Positions 37,129 to 52,173 of a stretch of DNA of 64,000 nucleotides are shown in pieces. The stretch is taken from IMG/VR virus record IMGVR_UViG_3300020048_000100; one strand, written 5' to 3'. The stretch comes from an uncultured virus (IMG/VR IMGVR_UViG_3300020048_000100) (taxonomy: Duplodnaviria > Heunggongvirae > Uroviricota > Caudoviricetes). Below the pieces are notes generated by a model that worked only from the letters and a program-made list of their open reading frames with translations, made no database searches and was not told the DNA's origin. The first letter of the stretch is position 1; each line of letters begins with the position of its first letter. The translations under genes were made by a program, and so were the position numbers.

Positions 37129-40000
37129 TTATATCCACCTCAAAAAATATTTTTATTTTTTTCTATTTAACCTTTTTAAGATTATACTATAAATTTACTT
37201 CTAAAATATTTGTGTTTATATTAAGCTAACTAAAAGATTGCTCAGATATATTTATATCATTAAGAATATCTAAATTTTTAATATAAACTTTTTTATTTAT
37301 AAATAATTGTTTTGTATCCAATTCTATTGGTATATACTAAGCAATTCGTTTTAACATTTTTATATTATCTTCAAAATAGAATCCACATATTGGAATATAT
37401 CCTTCTATATTTGTAAAATTTTTTATTATAATTGGCAATGTCCCTTCTATTTTAGAATAAGTAATATTATTAGAATTAAAGTCTTTAAATATTCTATTAG
37501 AACTTAATTGACCAAAATATAATAAAGGTATATCATATATCTATAATTTTAATTCCATATCAGTATATCTATCAATTTTATTTATACCATGAATTTTTGA
37601 AAAGAATGGTAAATACACTATATTATCTATTTCATAATATTTAAAATAATCATTAAAAATAACATTTTTTAATTGCTCATCAGATTGTATAACTAAATTA
37701 CTATTTATATTTTGGTAAAATCCAAATTCTTTTTTATATATCCATTGAGTACCATTATTTGTATATCCATTTAATACATTTATTACAACAGTTGAATAAT
37801 CAAATTTTTGATAGACTAAATTATTATCTATATATTTAAATATACCATTGGTATTTGTATTCTATTGATTTACTAATAATACTAAATCATTTTCATTTAA
37901 TTTTATACCGTCTATATAAATTATATTATACTATTCTGAATCTAATATTTTCACATTATTTTTTGTACACTATACAACTTCAATATTTTTTTTAATATTA
38001 TAAAATTTTCTATGATTTAATAAATCACTATTTGATACAAATTGATAATAACTAAAATCAAGATACATATATTTATAATTATTTAATATTAAATTCTCTT
38101 TATCTAAATTAGTATTTTTATAATACATAAAAATTGAACACGATGTGTATTGAATTATACCACATACTAAATTGGATAACGTATCATCTGAACTATCATA
38201 TGTTTTTATAAATCCGTACACATTATAATTATCTTGCTCCATATCAAACCCAATATCTGTTAGATATTCTTTTATATTATTTTTATTAAACTACTTGTTA
38301 TTATTTTCTATCTATTTATTTAACATATGATTTATGTTATTAAATAACTAAATTTCTTTATTTACAAATTGCTCTTCTTGCTTATACAAATTCATCAATA
38401 TTTTTTTAGATTCAAGTGATTTTGGGGTATATAGTAATTCAAGTATTTCATTTGTTGAAAATTGTGCAATTGGATAATCATATAATAACGAAAACTAATA
38501 TTGCTTGTGCTATTTTGTTTTATATATTTCTGATTTATAAAAAATAGAGTAGTCTATTTTATTTAATTCATCCTATATAAAAATTGCAAATGTAAATGGT
38601 ACTATACCTTTCTATAACTCAAAATCTTTTTGCCTAAAATTTTTAAATCTTTTTCCATAATCTATTGTTATATTTTCATTCAATTTTCTTTTTCCAAATA
38701 TTATTATCTTTTTTTCTAATATGAATGGTGAAACTTTAAAATTTTCATATAAAAAATTCGGCTGAGTGCCTTTAATAAGTGATATTGGAAAATTTGAAGA
38801 AATATTAAAAATAGATAGATTTTTTAATCTATTATATATAGTGTTATCTTTAATACTAAATGATTCTATCATTTCCACATATGTATCCCATACAGATTTT
38901 GGGGTTTTTAAATAAAAATATTTATTTGAGTAAGTTATTTCATTATGGGTATTAAATTTTTCCTATGATAGAGAAAAGTCATCATATTCTTTCATTTCTA
39001 TATTTTCAAAAAAAATGTAAAGATTACTATTGTTACTAACTAATTCACTAATAGCTTCTTGTGTTATAAAAACAACAATATTTCCATCAATAAATTTATT
39101 AAGTTCATTTTTCTATATTAAAATATTATAAAACTATGATAAATCTTTCAACTAAGTTAAATTTAATTTTAAATTCTATAGATTCTATTTGTGCATAGCA
39201 TTTAATATAGAAAAAAAGTAAAACTACTATTTTGTTTCATTAGTATTTACTAACTCTAAAATTTGTTCTAAAAGCTGTTCTTTTATTTCTACTAAATCTA
39301 TTGTTGAACAATACTTATACATATCTAAACATAAATTTTCCTATGTTTCATAACCATTTAAAATAGAGATATCTCTTAATTCATCTTGCCAAAGATACAT
39401 TACATCGTCTATATTATTATATTTCCATAGTAAAATAGTTTGATTCTAATATGGATTTAATGAATCTTTTGGAATAAATAATTTATATTCATTTGGAATA
39501 CTATTGTTATATATTTTATAATATTTAAATAAACTAAATAAAAATTCATTTTTAGTGGAATCACCAATTAATTTTACTTGGCATTCATCACCAAAAAAAG
39601 TCTATAATTTATATTCACCAAACTTTCCACTTTCATTTTTCATATATAAAGCTATTTTTTTTATATCTTTGAAATTATTATAATTATTTACAATATTTGT
39701 ATTTAAAAATTTAGAAAGTTCTAATGATATATCTATGTAATAACTGTTATTTGGCTCAAAATAAGATAAATGATTATATTTCAAAAAATTACTATTTATT
39801 TCAAAATAATTTGAATTTTTATCATACTATATTTTTTTTAAATTATTTTCATATTCTTCTATATCTTGGACATTAAATGGAATTACAAAATAAGAACCCA
39901 TTATATTTTTCGAATTTATATTGTTTATTATATTAAAAAACTTAATATTATTTTTATTTCCATATAATACATATTCTAAATTGAACAATTTCTAATTCAT
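37121..40000 (-). CDS. Large hypothetical virion protein (about 959 aa)
   Basis: Joins three track ORFs in one frame; IDGIKL..NDLVLLVNQ....NGIF motif seen in phage structural proteins; ends TGA. Confidence 0.65.
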
Positions 40001-40007
40001 ACAAAAT

Positions 40008-43000
40008 TCACCATTTGTAATAGAATGTTTGTGACTATTGTTTAATATAAAATTCCAATTTTTCCAATTTTAGTAGTTGTAATTCATTAGTTATAATATT
40101 ACTGCTTATGATCTTAGATTTGTTTTCAAAAAAATCCATATTGTAAAAACTGTTTATATTGAACTGAATAAAGTATTCAATAAAATTAGTATCTTTTAAT
40201 GTAGAATCAAACTAATTTATATAACTATAATTTTTAAAATTTGATAATTTATTTATATTTAAATCTTTTTTTTCATTTAGAATATAATTATTCTACTAAT
40301 AAAATTGACTTTCTTTTATTTCTGTGTTTAATTGATTAAGTAATTTTATAAAAATATTAGAATTTGATGTAGAAAGCAAAATTCTATTTTTATTGTATAT
40401 TTCATTTAAAGATGTATCATACATATATTGTAATTTGGTAAAATTTATTAAATTCATAAAATTACTGAATGTTATATTAAACTTAAATATTAAACTACTA
40501 TAATCATTCATTTCAAATATTTCTTGCTTTAATTTATTAAATATTATAGGATATACAGTATTTTTTTCAACTGTAAGCGTTGTGTTGTATTGAGCAGTTG
40601 ATAAATATGTATTTGCAACAATCATTCTATAATATGTTAATGAGCTAAGCTTTTCAAGTTCTTGTAAAGTTTTGTTATTTATTTCATTTAATATATATTT
40701 TGATAGTATAAAATTTGTTGTTTTTTGTTGTAATGAAAGATATATATTATATATGTCATAATCTTGCAAAAGGCATTTTAATATATAATGTATTTCAAAT
40801 TTTGGATCATAAAAACAATAATCAGAAAATTTTACATCTTCCCAAATCAATTCGGGAGTATCGAGTAATTCTTCTTCTATATCATCTATTGATATATCTT
40901 TTTCTTCTAAATCGTAAAACTTAATAAAATTTTTATCTATTTCTATGGTATTAGTATTATAATCAATTGTGCCCTAAATATTCTAAGATATTGATAGGAA
41001 ATTATCATCAATAATTTTAGTAATCCATTCCTCATCTTTTAATGGTGTGCTCAATGTATTTTTATCTAATAAAATATCTTCCATTGTTTTTTCTATTAAA
41101 TGTTCTCTAATTTTATCAAATATTTCAAATTGATTTGTGCCACTCTATACTAACTCAGTTAGATATTCATTTAGTGTTAAAATTTGATTATAAATTTTAC
41201 CATAAATATATTCTAAATTATTTTGAGAATCCTATTGTTTATCATAATTTTTTATTAATATTCCTATTTTTGAGCACTACTAATTTATATAGTCTACATA
41301 TTTATTTGGCTCAGGATATACAAATACAAGTTCTCCATGATGATTATCATATAAAATAATATCATCTAAATTTTTTGGTAATATATGTATTTTAAGTGTT
41401 CCTTTTCTTAATCTAAAATTCTTTAATATTCGTAGACTAAATTTTAAAACATTGTCAGTTGAATCAATAAATTCAAATTCATTATAAGTTTCATTTGTAA
41501 TAACTTTATCATAGTCTATATCATATTTAATATATTGTAAATATTTTGAATTTCCAATTATAGAATCTAAAAAAACTTTTCTAATAAATAAATTAAATTT
41601 TTTTATTGATGACTGTATAAACCCTATTTCAACATCTCCATAATATAACTTATTTTCCTAAAACAATATATTATATTCTATTTGTTGATTTCCAATATAT
41701 AAATATCCAATGTTTTTTAATGAAAACTAAGTTTCATCTTCATCTATGTCAATAGAATAATAAGTTATTAAATTTATAGTCTATTGTGTAACCTTTGTAT
41801 TATCTATTAATACTTTTTTATAATAAATCTTATTTTCAAATTGATATAATTTATTTAATATATCTAATTTATCATTATATAATGAATATTGATATTCCAT
41901 TTCCTATACTTTACTAATATTTTCACCAACTGGAATATAATATAACTGACAATTTTCATTTAATCTGCCACAAACATCTGGTTCTCCAAGTAAATCGTGA
42001 AAAATGGTAAAGTTAATTTTACCTTTTAAAAATTGTTCTACCTAAATAGTAAGATTATATAATCTTTGTATTCTTTCATTGCAATTATATAGATTTAACA
42101 CAATAGAATTGTAATTATAGTTATCTATTAAAAACGATATTTTATAAAAATAAGGATCATATGACTTCTCAAAATGGTCATTGGTATCTCTTAATTGATT
42201 AAAAAATAAATTAAAATTGAATGTATTATTTCCATTTATATAATCAATTTTACTTTCATCCATAGAAGCCATATATAACATTTCTATATAATCATCAATA
42301 ACTTTTTGTATTTGATTAGATGTTAAAGTCTTTTGATATTGAGTTATAATATACTATTTCCATAATATTGGTAACACAATCTATGTTTCTAAATCATTAA
42401 GATTTAAACTCTATATTTTAAATACATTTTCTATTAAAAATTTAATAAGCTAATTACCTTCATTTCTATAAGAATCATTAATTCTTTTTAACATTTCTTT
42501 TTGTGTATCTTTCTACTATACAACTACTAATGTAGAAAAATAAATATTTTCTAAATCATCTTTAATTTTATTATGTAACTCTTTGTCATAGTTAAATTCT
42601 TGATTAGAAAAATAAGTTTCCTCAAAAGATTCAGTATATGGTGTATTAGACCCTTTTATAGAATATATATATCTTTGAAATCTTAAATATAGTTCTGTTG
42701 AAGAAAATCTATCTATTTCTAATATATTATTATTCTACCAAAAAGGTTTTGTTTTTAATGAAAGATTTATTAAAGATGAATTCTATTTATCATGTATTTC
42801 AAATGTAGTATCTTTCTTAACATATCTAAAAAATTCAATAAATGGTAAAAATTCATATCTAACAACAATACCAATTTCAGGTTGTACAACAAAGAAATCC
42901 TAAGAATATTTCTTAAAAAATTCTTCATTTTTTGTATTTACAAATTGATATGTATATTCATATCTTTGAGTTTCCTATAAGGATTCATTGATATTCTTTT

Positions 43001-43124
43001 TAATTATTTTAATTCTTGATGAAAAATTCTTTATATTAGTGGATAAATTTATATTACTTGTTATTTTAAGTAATTCATCATCACCAATCACTATTTTACT
43101 TGGTACATTGAAAGATGAACTCAT
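40008..43124 (-). CDS. Large hypothetical virion protein (about 1038 aa)
   Basis: Joins track ORFs 40296 and 42042; RBS ggggg; ends TGA. Confidence 0.65.
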
Positions 43125-43252
43125 GTTATTGCCCCCAAAAATTATTATTTCTTTCTTCTTAATTTAATCAGTTTTTTTCTGTTTTTCTACATTTAAAAAA
43201 ATAATCCCAAATTTAATTGGGATTATTTAACTTGTATTTTAAATATTGGGTT

Positions 43253-43799
43253 TTAATACCAATAGTGTTTTAACCTTGGGCATTGAATGATAACATATTC
43301 TATATCAAATCCAAACAAAATTGAACCTGTATAATCAGATAAAGAATATTGCAAATTATAGTTTTTAATTCTTGTAAATGTCCCATCTATAGTATACTCA
43401 AGGTTAAAACTATTTTGATAAATTTTATACAAATTAAATGTTGATCCACTTGTTATTAAAATATCTAAAAATTTAGTATAATATTGTAAATCCTAAGATA
43501 AAATATCTGTATCTATTAATAAATAGTTTGTATTTATTGGTAAAGTATTAAATTTAATAATTTTATAATTTGTTATAAATTCTAACTAATTTGATTCCTA
43601 TTGTAACATATAAATCTAATTTAGTTCAATTTGTTTACTAATAATTATATTAAATAAACTGGTTATCTAATTATAGTTAATAGTATTTACAAGTTTAAAA
43701 TTCTAAGTAATAGTGTTACTTTTAAGTTTAATAATTTTATAATTTGTTATAAAATTGTCCATATAAATTCTACCCCCAAGAATATAAAAACGTCTACAT
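43253..43799 (-). pseudogene. Deletion remnant of an RCC1-repeat gene; downstream ORF 43253..43762 may still be translated
   Basis: Start M*TFLYSWG*NLYGQ (compare M*NNLYSWGRNLYG at 59626) stops after about 20 codons; a 169-aa ORF continues in another frame. Confidence 0.5.
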
Positions 43800-43896
43800 T
43801 TATTTTCACCACCAATATTATTTGCATGTTTAACTTAATCAAAATTATTCTTTTTTTTTTACTAATGTATAAAATAAAACCCCAAAATTAAGGGGG

Positions 43897-44610
43897 TTAT
43901 AATTTTTCAAAATATGTTAGTAATTCATCGGGCTTAACTTTTTCTGGGGATGTATCATATAATTTAATCCCTATATTATCATATGATCTAACAATTAGTT
44001 CTATATTTCCAATACAATTTATACTGTTTATTGTTATAAGGGAATTTATTATTTTAATACAATCTAAAATTAATTTAATTTTATAATTACTATCTGCATA
44101 TTCTGTTAATTGTATAGCATTTATTATATTAGTTAGCCCAGAAAACAAATTATTTGCTATATCAAATGGTAAATTCCAAAATTGCAATACAGATTTTTTG
44201 AATTCTTCATCGTTATAATTATTTTTATATCTATATATATCAAAATATTGTATTGTATTTAATCCTATTTTGTATATATGTACACCAGTTTTTTCAGCAA
44301 CCTAAAACCATCCATTCCCTATATATGGAAATCCGAATATATATTCGGAGTTAAAACTATTATACAATTTTTCTTTTAATAAATCATTTATAAATTTAAT
44401 TGGGTTATTTAATATAAATTTTAATAAATTATAAGAAGTTGATCCGTATACTGCCTTAACCCATTGTAAGAATGGGTCTGAAATATCTTTTATATAACTA
44501 TTAAAACTGTTTTCCATATATCCAAAAAACGTTTGCATATTATCGTATGTCACTAAAAATATATCTCCAGCCTTTAATATTTCACTATATTTCGTATTAT
44601 AAGAAAGCAT
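43897..44610 (-). CDS. Hypothetical protein
   Basis: Two track ORFs joined through TAG; ends TAA at a hairpin. Confidence 0.7.
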
Positions 44611-44616
44611 TTAAAA

Positions 44617-44913
44617 TCACTTATCCTTTCTTTTAATTTTTAAGTAACATACGTTATTAATATTATCTTTGTATATGTCTATTAGTTCGTATTGCCATTT
44701 AAAAGTTAATAGATAATAATAATACTAATCTGATAAACTATCAGTATATAATATTACAATTTCAGTTCCATCATCTAATAAATAGTTTTCTAATATTTCT
44801 ATTGGTTGAATTATTTGTTTAGGTGTAGTATATATAATACCACCCTATATTAGAAAGGATGCAGTCTAAACAATTATTGTATATTTTAATATTGAAAACA
44901 CATCAAAATTCAT
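44617..44913 (-). CDS. Small membrane-anchored protein
   Basis: Hydrophobic N-terminus YTIIV*TASFLI*GGIIY; ends TGA. Confidence 0.6.
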
Positions 44914-46514
44914 ACAATAAATTCACCGTCATATTCATCATTTTTATTTATTTCTTCTAAATGTATATTTGTTGTTTCAACTAATTTTCCATCAATATTA
45001 TTTCCTAAATCTGGATATATAAATGATCTGTCTAAATATGGATATGTTTGAGTATATAGTTTATTATTTGTATTAAAAGACTATAAAAATGATAGTTCAA
45101 ATTTGTTTTTATATATTTTAGTAAATAAGTCATCTATTGAATTACAGTTTTCATCCTATATTTTAGAAATATCTATTTTGAATATGATATTGCTTGCTTT
45201 AAATTTCAAATTTTTATTATTTTTCAAAGAATTATTAATAGGTACATGTTTTATTAAATCAAGTTGTGATTTATCTACACTATTTATATTATTAAAATCT
45301 TGTTGTATATTTTTTTTATAACATTCAATATATGCAAATTCTTGATTGTATCTGAAATAATATAAAATTAATCTATTTTCTTTTTGCTAACTATAAACAC
45401 TGTTTATATCTGGTGTAATATATAAATACATATAATTTTCATTTTCAAAATAAGATTGATAATACTATGATGTATAGTATATATTTTTCTTTTCTCTTTC
45501 CCCATTTATAAATGGAGAATATATATCATTCTCTTCAAATTGTGGTTCTGTAAATTGAATGATTTTATCTTTGTAATTTATTATTTCTAACTAAATTTCT
45601 ATAATATCATTTAATTCTATATCATATAAACATATAAAATTAAAGTTAAGTAGCTACCATTTTTCTTTGTATAACGTAACTTCTTGTACTTCTTCAAATA
45701 TAATTAAGTTTTGATTTATGTTTTTTATAACTAATTTAAATAGACATTTTTTATCTTCAAATACTCTTGTTTTTATTGTGTAATTAAATTTTTTTCCAGA
45801 TTTTAATTTAAATTTGTTTCTTATATATAATTTTGAATTTGTATTAGTTTTTGGAATTGCTTCATAAATACTTTGCTCAGTATAATTTGTTAATTTTTTA
45901 TGCGAAGTTAAATACCAATTATTTTGTGTATTCCAATTTTCCCATTTATCCCACTATATCTAACTGTTCTAAATTGTCTATATTTGATTATTTGTTTCAT
46001 TTAATGACTAACAAAGTAATGGGTTAAACTATCTTTTATCTTGATATAAATAATATTTCGAATCGATATAACCAAAAGAAATTAGTAAAGTATCTATATT
46101 CTAAGTTAATTCACCTTGAAGTGGCTCAAAAATATCAGTTTTGATTATCTACTCTGGGTCAGTATGAAAATCAATAAACTTTTCTGTTACTTTTAAAATA
46201 TCATATTGCCTATTTTTTGATAAATTATAAATACTCTTTGCAGATGTTATACAAATATCTTTATTTTTCAAACGTATATCATTATATGGTATATAGAATC
46301 TATATATATAAGCTCTTATTTTTCTTATGTTAGTATCATTTAGAGTGGTTCTATAATCAATAACAGTATCATTTATAGTTATAACTGAGGTATTTTGTAT
46401 TATTCCAAATGGGGATGCTGGATTTATCTTTGCTTTTTTATCCTAAGTTTCTATATGTAATTGATTCATTACATTTTTTTTATTGTTAGTATATAAGAAT
46501 ACTGGAACATTCAT
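44910..46514 (-). CDS. Hypothetical baseplate/tail-region protein
   Basis: TAG-rich ORF; ATGA overlap with the next gene. Confidence 0.6.
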
Positions 46515-46531
46515 TTTTTAATCAACTCCAA

Positions 46532-47575
46532 TTAAATTGTTGCTCCATTGATTTCCTAAATTACCTTATCATTATATATACAACTTGCTGGTATATTACT
46601 TGTGTAATATTTATAATTATTTAAGAACATTAGTGTATACCCATCTGATATATTTGCTAATGTATTTGATTTTTTATTCAAATTATTATTCTATGTTACT
46701 TCAATTGTTATATTTAATTTATAATCAGTTAATGTAATTATTTTTTCTGAATTAAATATTTGCTTACTCTATGTTTTTTTTATATTTGGTATTATTTTAT
46801 TCGGAATATTTTTGAAGCAAAATTCTAATAAAGATTTTAAAATATATCTATAATTTATTTGATCGAGTTTTGTATATTCAATATCTATAAAATTTTCCAT
46901 TACTGGTGTTATTATATCGGATATATTTATTTCATACAATTCAAATAAATATGGTTTTTTTACTAAAATATTTAACAGCATCTATTCTGAATTATCTATC
47001 AAATTTTGTGGTGTTGTTATGTAATCTCTATCATAATCTATTGTAATATTTAATTTATTGAAAGTAACATTTTTATTATATACTGGTGTTAACTTCTATT
47101 TTACATAATTTATTCTTTGAGGAATAAAAACAGTTTCTAATGCTGGACTAACATATTCCCATTGAAACTAATAATCATATGAAACTAATAGTTCATCTCT
47201 ATATTTATTTGTTTCATCAAGTAATAATTTGTTTTCTGGCTAACTCATAAATGTTATTGAATTGTAGTCTGAATGAAGTATATGATAAGTTCTATTTAAT
47301 TTAGTATTATATATACTTCTCTAATTAATAATTATTTTATCTTCATTTATATTTAAGAATATTAATTTATTTATGTATTCACTTATATTTTCAACCTTAA
47401 CAAAATTCAAATTTTTTATATTAATAGTTTCAGTATAAGAAACACAATTAGATAAAATATAAGGAGTTATTCCAATTCTTTTTTTTATTGGAATTTTTGA
47501 AAATAATAGTATATTATAAAAAAAAGTATCTTGCATTTTCTATATGTCTTCGTAATTTATGTTGTCTAATATCAT
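46532..47575 (-). CDS. Hypothetical virion protein
   Basis: Joins track ORFs 46769 and 47321; ends TAA. Confidence 0.6.
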
Positions 47576-47591
47576 TAAGAATCACCAGTAT

Positions 47592-48230
47592 TTAAATAAT
47601 TTTAGGAGATTGTATCTTACTTGAAAATTTTATATTTAATTTTCTTTGATATAATGTTCCCAAATTTTTCTCTTTGATTAAAAACAAATTGTTACATGGT
47701 ATATCATATATAATCCCAAATGTTTCCTAATCTATTTTATTAACATCTGTATCATTTACTGTAATATTATAATTTATTTCGTTAATATCTAAATAGGGTA
47801 TAAATTTCAAGTAATCATTTGGGTCATAAATAGATATTTTTATTTTAAAAAAAGTATTTATAGGTAATAATATTTTTGGTATTTTATATAAAATTTTATC
47901 TTGTATTTCCTATTCAGTATAAACTAAGTTTCCATCCTAATCAAATATATTTACTTTCATTGTCTATAACTATATAAATTTTGTTACATCAATAATATCT
48001 ATATCTGTTACATTAGGATACTAAAAATTATAAATGTGTTCCCACATATTTAACTTATATAGTTTAAAAAATTCTTCTTCAATAGATTTTTTTGTTTTAT
48101 ATTTTATTAGTATTGAATTTAATTCATTTTGTATATCTGTTTTTATTCCATTATTTATCATACTTAGTTTTTGGATAGATTTAACTTTTTTATTTAATTT
48201 GTTAATAAACAAATAATAAGTATATTCCAT
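47592..48230 (-). CDS. Hypothetical protein
   Basis: RBS aaggag; extends the track ORF; ends TAA. Confidence 0.65.
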
Positions 48231-48247
48231 TTATTTTACTCCTTTAA

Positions 48248-49891
48248 TTAGTTAATCAAAGTAGGCTAAGGTATTTCAGAAGAATTAAAAACTAAGTTTA
48301 TTGGCCCACCAATAAACATAATTGTAAAAGACTACATTGGGGTATTTTCTCTTTCCTCAACCTATATTGGAGATAATGTCCTACTACCAGTTTCATCAAT
48401 TGGTATAATTCCAATATCAAATGATACAATATAATTTTTATTCTAATTTGGATAAGTTATATTATCAATAACAATATCATAATATGGATCATTAGTAAAC
48501 CATTCTCTATTTTCATTCTAATCTATAAATTCAGACGTTGGTATTTCAAATGAATTTGGTGTAATTATTGGTATTATTATAAAATCACTTGTATTAAAAT
48601 CATTTACTGTATCCATCTATAATTTATACGCCTAATTAAATTCATTATACCAATCAGTAAAATCAAAAGTTAATCTATATAGTCCATTATCAACAGTTTC
48701 ATCTTCTATTATACTCTATTTAGAAAAACATGTTCCAGTATAATAATGCTAATAGGAAATGAATAAGCTACCATTAATATTTTTTTGAGTTAAAAAATCC
48801 TAATACTGTTTTGACTATATGTGAGTTTTGTATTTTGTATTGATTTCATTTGGTTTTAATACAAAATCATCATGAAGCCTTGGAATTCTCTATAAATCTT
48901 GCACATCTACTGATGTTGTTTTAATATATTTTGAGTCGTGATTATGTGTTTGTATTACATATGTAACTGTATCATTTAAATATTTTAAAGTCTATGCATG
49001 TTTTAGTTGATTTGGTAAAACATCTGGTTTTAATTGCAATGAACTATTTTCATCCATCTAATCATCTTCTGTTCTTGAAATATATTTGGGATGAAGTTCA
49101 GTTATTTTCAATATTGTTGTATCATCAATATATTTTTTAGTCTACTAATGTAAATAATTTACTGGTTCATTACTTAATAATATATGATTTAATATTGTAC
49201 CTTCCCCACTACCATTGTATTCACCATTTATAGAAATATATTCTGTATGGAAATGATAATATTTTGATTCTATTTTATTTTTAAAATATTTAATATTCTA
49301 CTAAATATTTGGATTAACCTAATAGTTAGATATATCTTTTAATAATAATACACCTAACATTTCACCACCAGTTTTTTTCAAAAATATATTAGTTATATAC
49401 GACGGATCAAAATATAATTTTAAATTATTTTCATTTTCATCAATAATTTTAAATTTTTTATTTTGCCTATCATATTTTATAATTTTGGTTTCTTTGTAAT
49501 AATCAACATTTACATTAAATGAAATACTCTATGAATCTACAAGTTTTTGGTCTGCATTTATTTGTATTTTATTATTAGATATACCAATACTATTTGATTC
49601 TTGGGAAGTAATAATATCTGAATTTATAAATGTAACATCATTCTATTTTAGTATATTCTATTGTGATTTAGTTTGATTTTGTAGATTTTCTATTAAAAAA
49701 TTATCCTATTTTATATCAGATTCAACAATTGAACTTTCATACTATATTATATTTTTCTAATTTATATTATTCTAAATTAAATCACCACGAACTAATATGG
49801 ATTCATTCTTGTTTTTTTCTATATTGTTTTGTTTTAATAATTTATTGTCAAATCCAGTATTCTTTAATAATTTAAACGATTGCTTATTCAA
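48248..49891 (-). CDS. Tail-fibre-like protein C
   Basis: KKTGGEMLG, H**TKKYID, HNHDSKY repeats; C-terminal F*IMFIGGP; ends TAA. Confidence 0.7.
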
Positions 49892-50514
49892 TTTAACTCA
49901 CCCAATTTCTAATAAAAATTTAATGGTATTATTAATGGCTTAATCAATTGTATATTAGTTGGTAATAACTTTATGTAATGAGTACCAGTATATTCAGAAG
50001 AAATATTTAAATTTATTGTCATATTGTTATTTATAAAATCTGATTTACTAATAAATATAATAGGTTTGTTTAATAACTATGAATCATCTTTTATTTTGAA
50101 TGTTTTATAAAAATTTATAAACTAAACATCTGACAAATCTTCATATTGTATTTGCAAATTATATTGTTGCCCAACATATAATATTTCTGAATCTATTTTA
50201 TAAATAAATTTTGGTCTGTAATAAAAATCAAGCAAATCTTTTATATATAAAAAATTATCAAAATTATTTAATAATTTATTTTCAATATTTTTTATTTTAC
50301 TTTTTTTAAAAATGTTACTCATTTCATATGATGTGTATACAGATTTATTACATGCTTTATTATCAATAGTAGAAATAGTTTTTAATTTTATTGATATAGA
50401 AAATGATGTATTATTAATATCTGTACCATTTGTAATTATTAAATAATTCATTATTATATTATATGTACTATCTGTAAAAATATAGTAAACCTTAGTTGGC
50501 TAATTTAATTCCAT
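49888..50514 (-). CDS. Hypothetical protein
   Basis: Extends track ORF 50122; TTGA overlap with the next gene. Confidence 0.6.
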
Positions 50515-50515
50515 T

Positions 50516-52159
50516 TTAAATTTTTACGCTATTGTCTAAAAAATCAACAAATGAATCATAATACTTGAACTAATACCCAATAGCTCCACCTATTAAATAT
50601 ATTCTAAAGTTCTAAAAATATCCAGAAGTTGCATAGCTTAAACTATAATTATTTTCTATATCATATATAATATCCTAAGAATTTAATTGCATATCTATAA
50701 TATATCTTTTTGATTCATCTGGATAATTCCACTTACCAAAATTAAATTTAGATTGCCCATGATAGCCTAAGTGTGGATATGAATTAATTTGATTACCTAT
50801 GTTCCAAGTATTTTGTAACTATTTGTTTGGTATAACAAAGTCTAATAAAGTTATAATTGGGAAAACAATAAAATTAGTAGTTGATAAGTTTAAATTTATT
50901 TTTTGTTTATAATACTCATACCAACCTGTTAAATCTATTGATGCTATTGTTTGCCCTTCGTTAATTGAATTACCTCTCATAAAATCATAATACCCAATAA
51001 ATAATTTACCATAATTTGGTTTTTTTATTTTATCTATATACTATTTTATAACAGAATCGTTTGAATTTAATATTATATTATCTATATTATCATACGGTGT
51101 AGAATAATACAAATTAGAATTTACAACATTTTTGAATTTATCTGTTCCAGTTATAGTATCACCAGTAGCTGATAAATTTGTTTCTTCCCACAAGTAATCA
51201 TGATTATGATACTATTGTATATTTACTACTTGCTTTAATCTTATAAATTCAGAATTAATATTCTAATCTTTACCCAAAGTAAAATAATTTTCTTTAATTG
51301 GATAATTTGGTTCGGATTCTGATTCTTTTAATAATACATAATCCTAATTATGATTATGATTTGCAAAAATATTATATTTCTAATTCTAATATTCTAAATT
51401 CTACTAATGATTATTTTGTATGGGCTATTTTAATAATCTTAATGTACCGTTTATCTAAACTTCTTTTTCTATTCCATTAAATTTAAGATTTGTTGTATTT
51501 TCCATATTTCTTCCAGTATAACTTATATATTTAGTATCATGATTTAACCCAGAACTTGAAGAAATATAATTATCTACATATTCTTTTGTTACCTATGAAT
51601 ATAAATTATTCTAAGACATCCGTTGCAAAATTACATAATCAACAGTATCTCCTGATTTATCTACACAACTATAAGAAAAATCAGTTATATCAGAATCAAA
51701 TTCAACTTCTAAATAATTGTTTGATTCATCTTTCTAAACAAACTATTGTAAATCATTATCCCAACCTAAAAACTAAAATTTATCTTTAGAATGAAAAAAA
51801 TCAAAACCAAAATCTGGCTCTAATATAAACTCATTTCCAAAATTAAATATAATTTTATTCTATCGTATACAATTTTCTTTACTTTCAAATTTAATTGTAT
51901 TTAAATATGTATAATCTTCTAATAAATTCAGTATTGAATTAACTATCAAATCTATATTTATTTCAATATTACAATTAAATATAGAATTATTTAATTCCAT
52001 TGTATTAGCAATTATCTAATCTAATGGTGAAATACCAATTTTCTAATTTTTTAATATATATATATTACCTGAATCAAAGGTTATATTTTTCTAATATTTA
52101 AAATTAAAATAAGACTATTTAACTAAATGTACATTTGTATTTTTTAATAAATTAGACAT
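50516..52159 (-). CDS. Tail-fibre-like protein B
   Basis: HDTKY, HNHDY, S*TGDTITG; C-terminal YILIGGA; ends TAA. Confidence 0.7.
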
Positions 52160-52173
52160 AATTTTTCACCAAC

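Noticed and set aside
23972..51789. Short plus-strand track ORFs in the structural region
   Set aside because: They are antisense to long TAG-read-through genes and have low-complexity translations without an RBS
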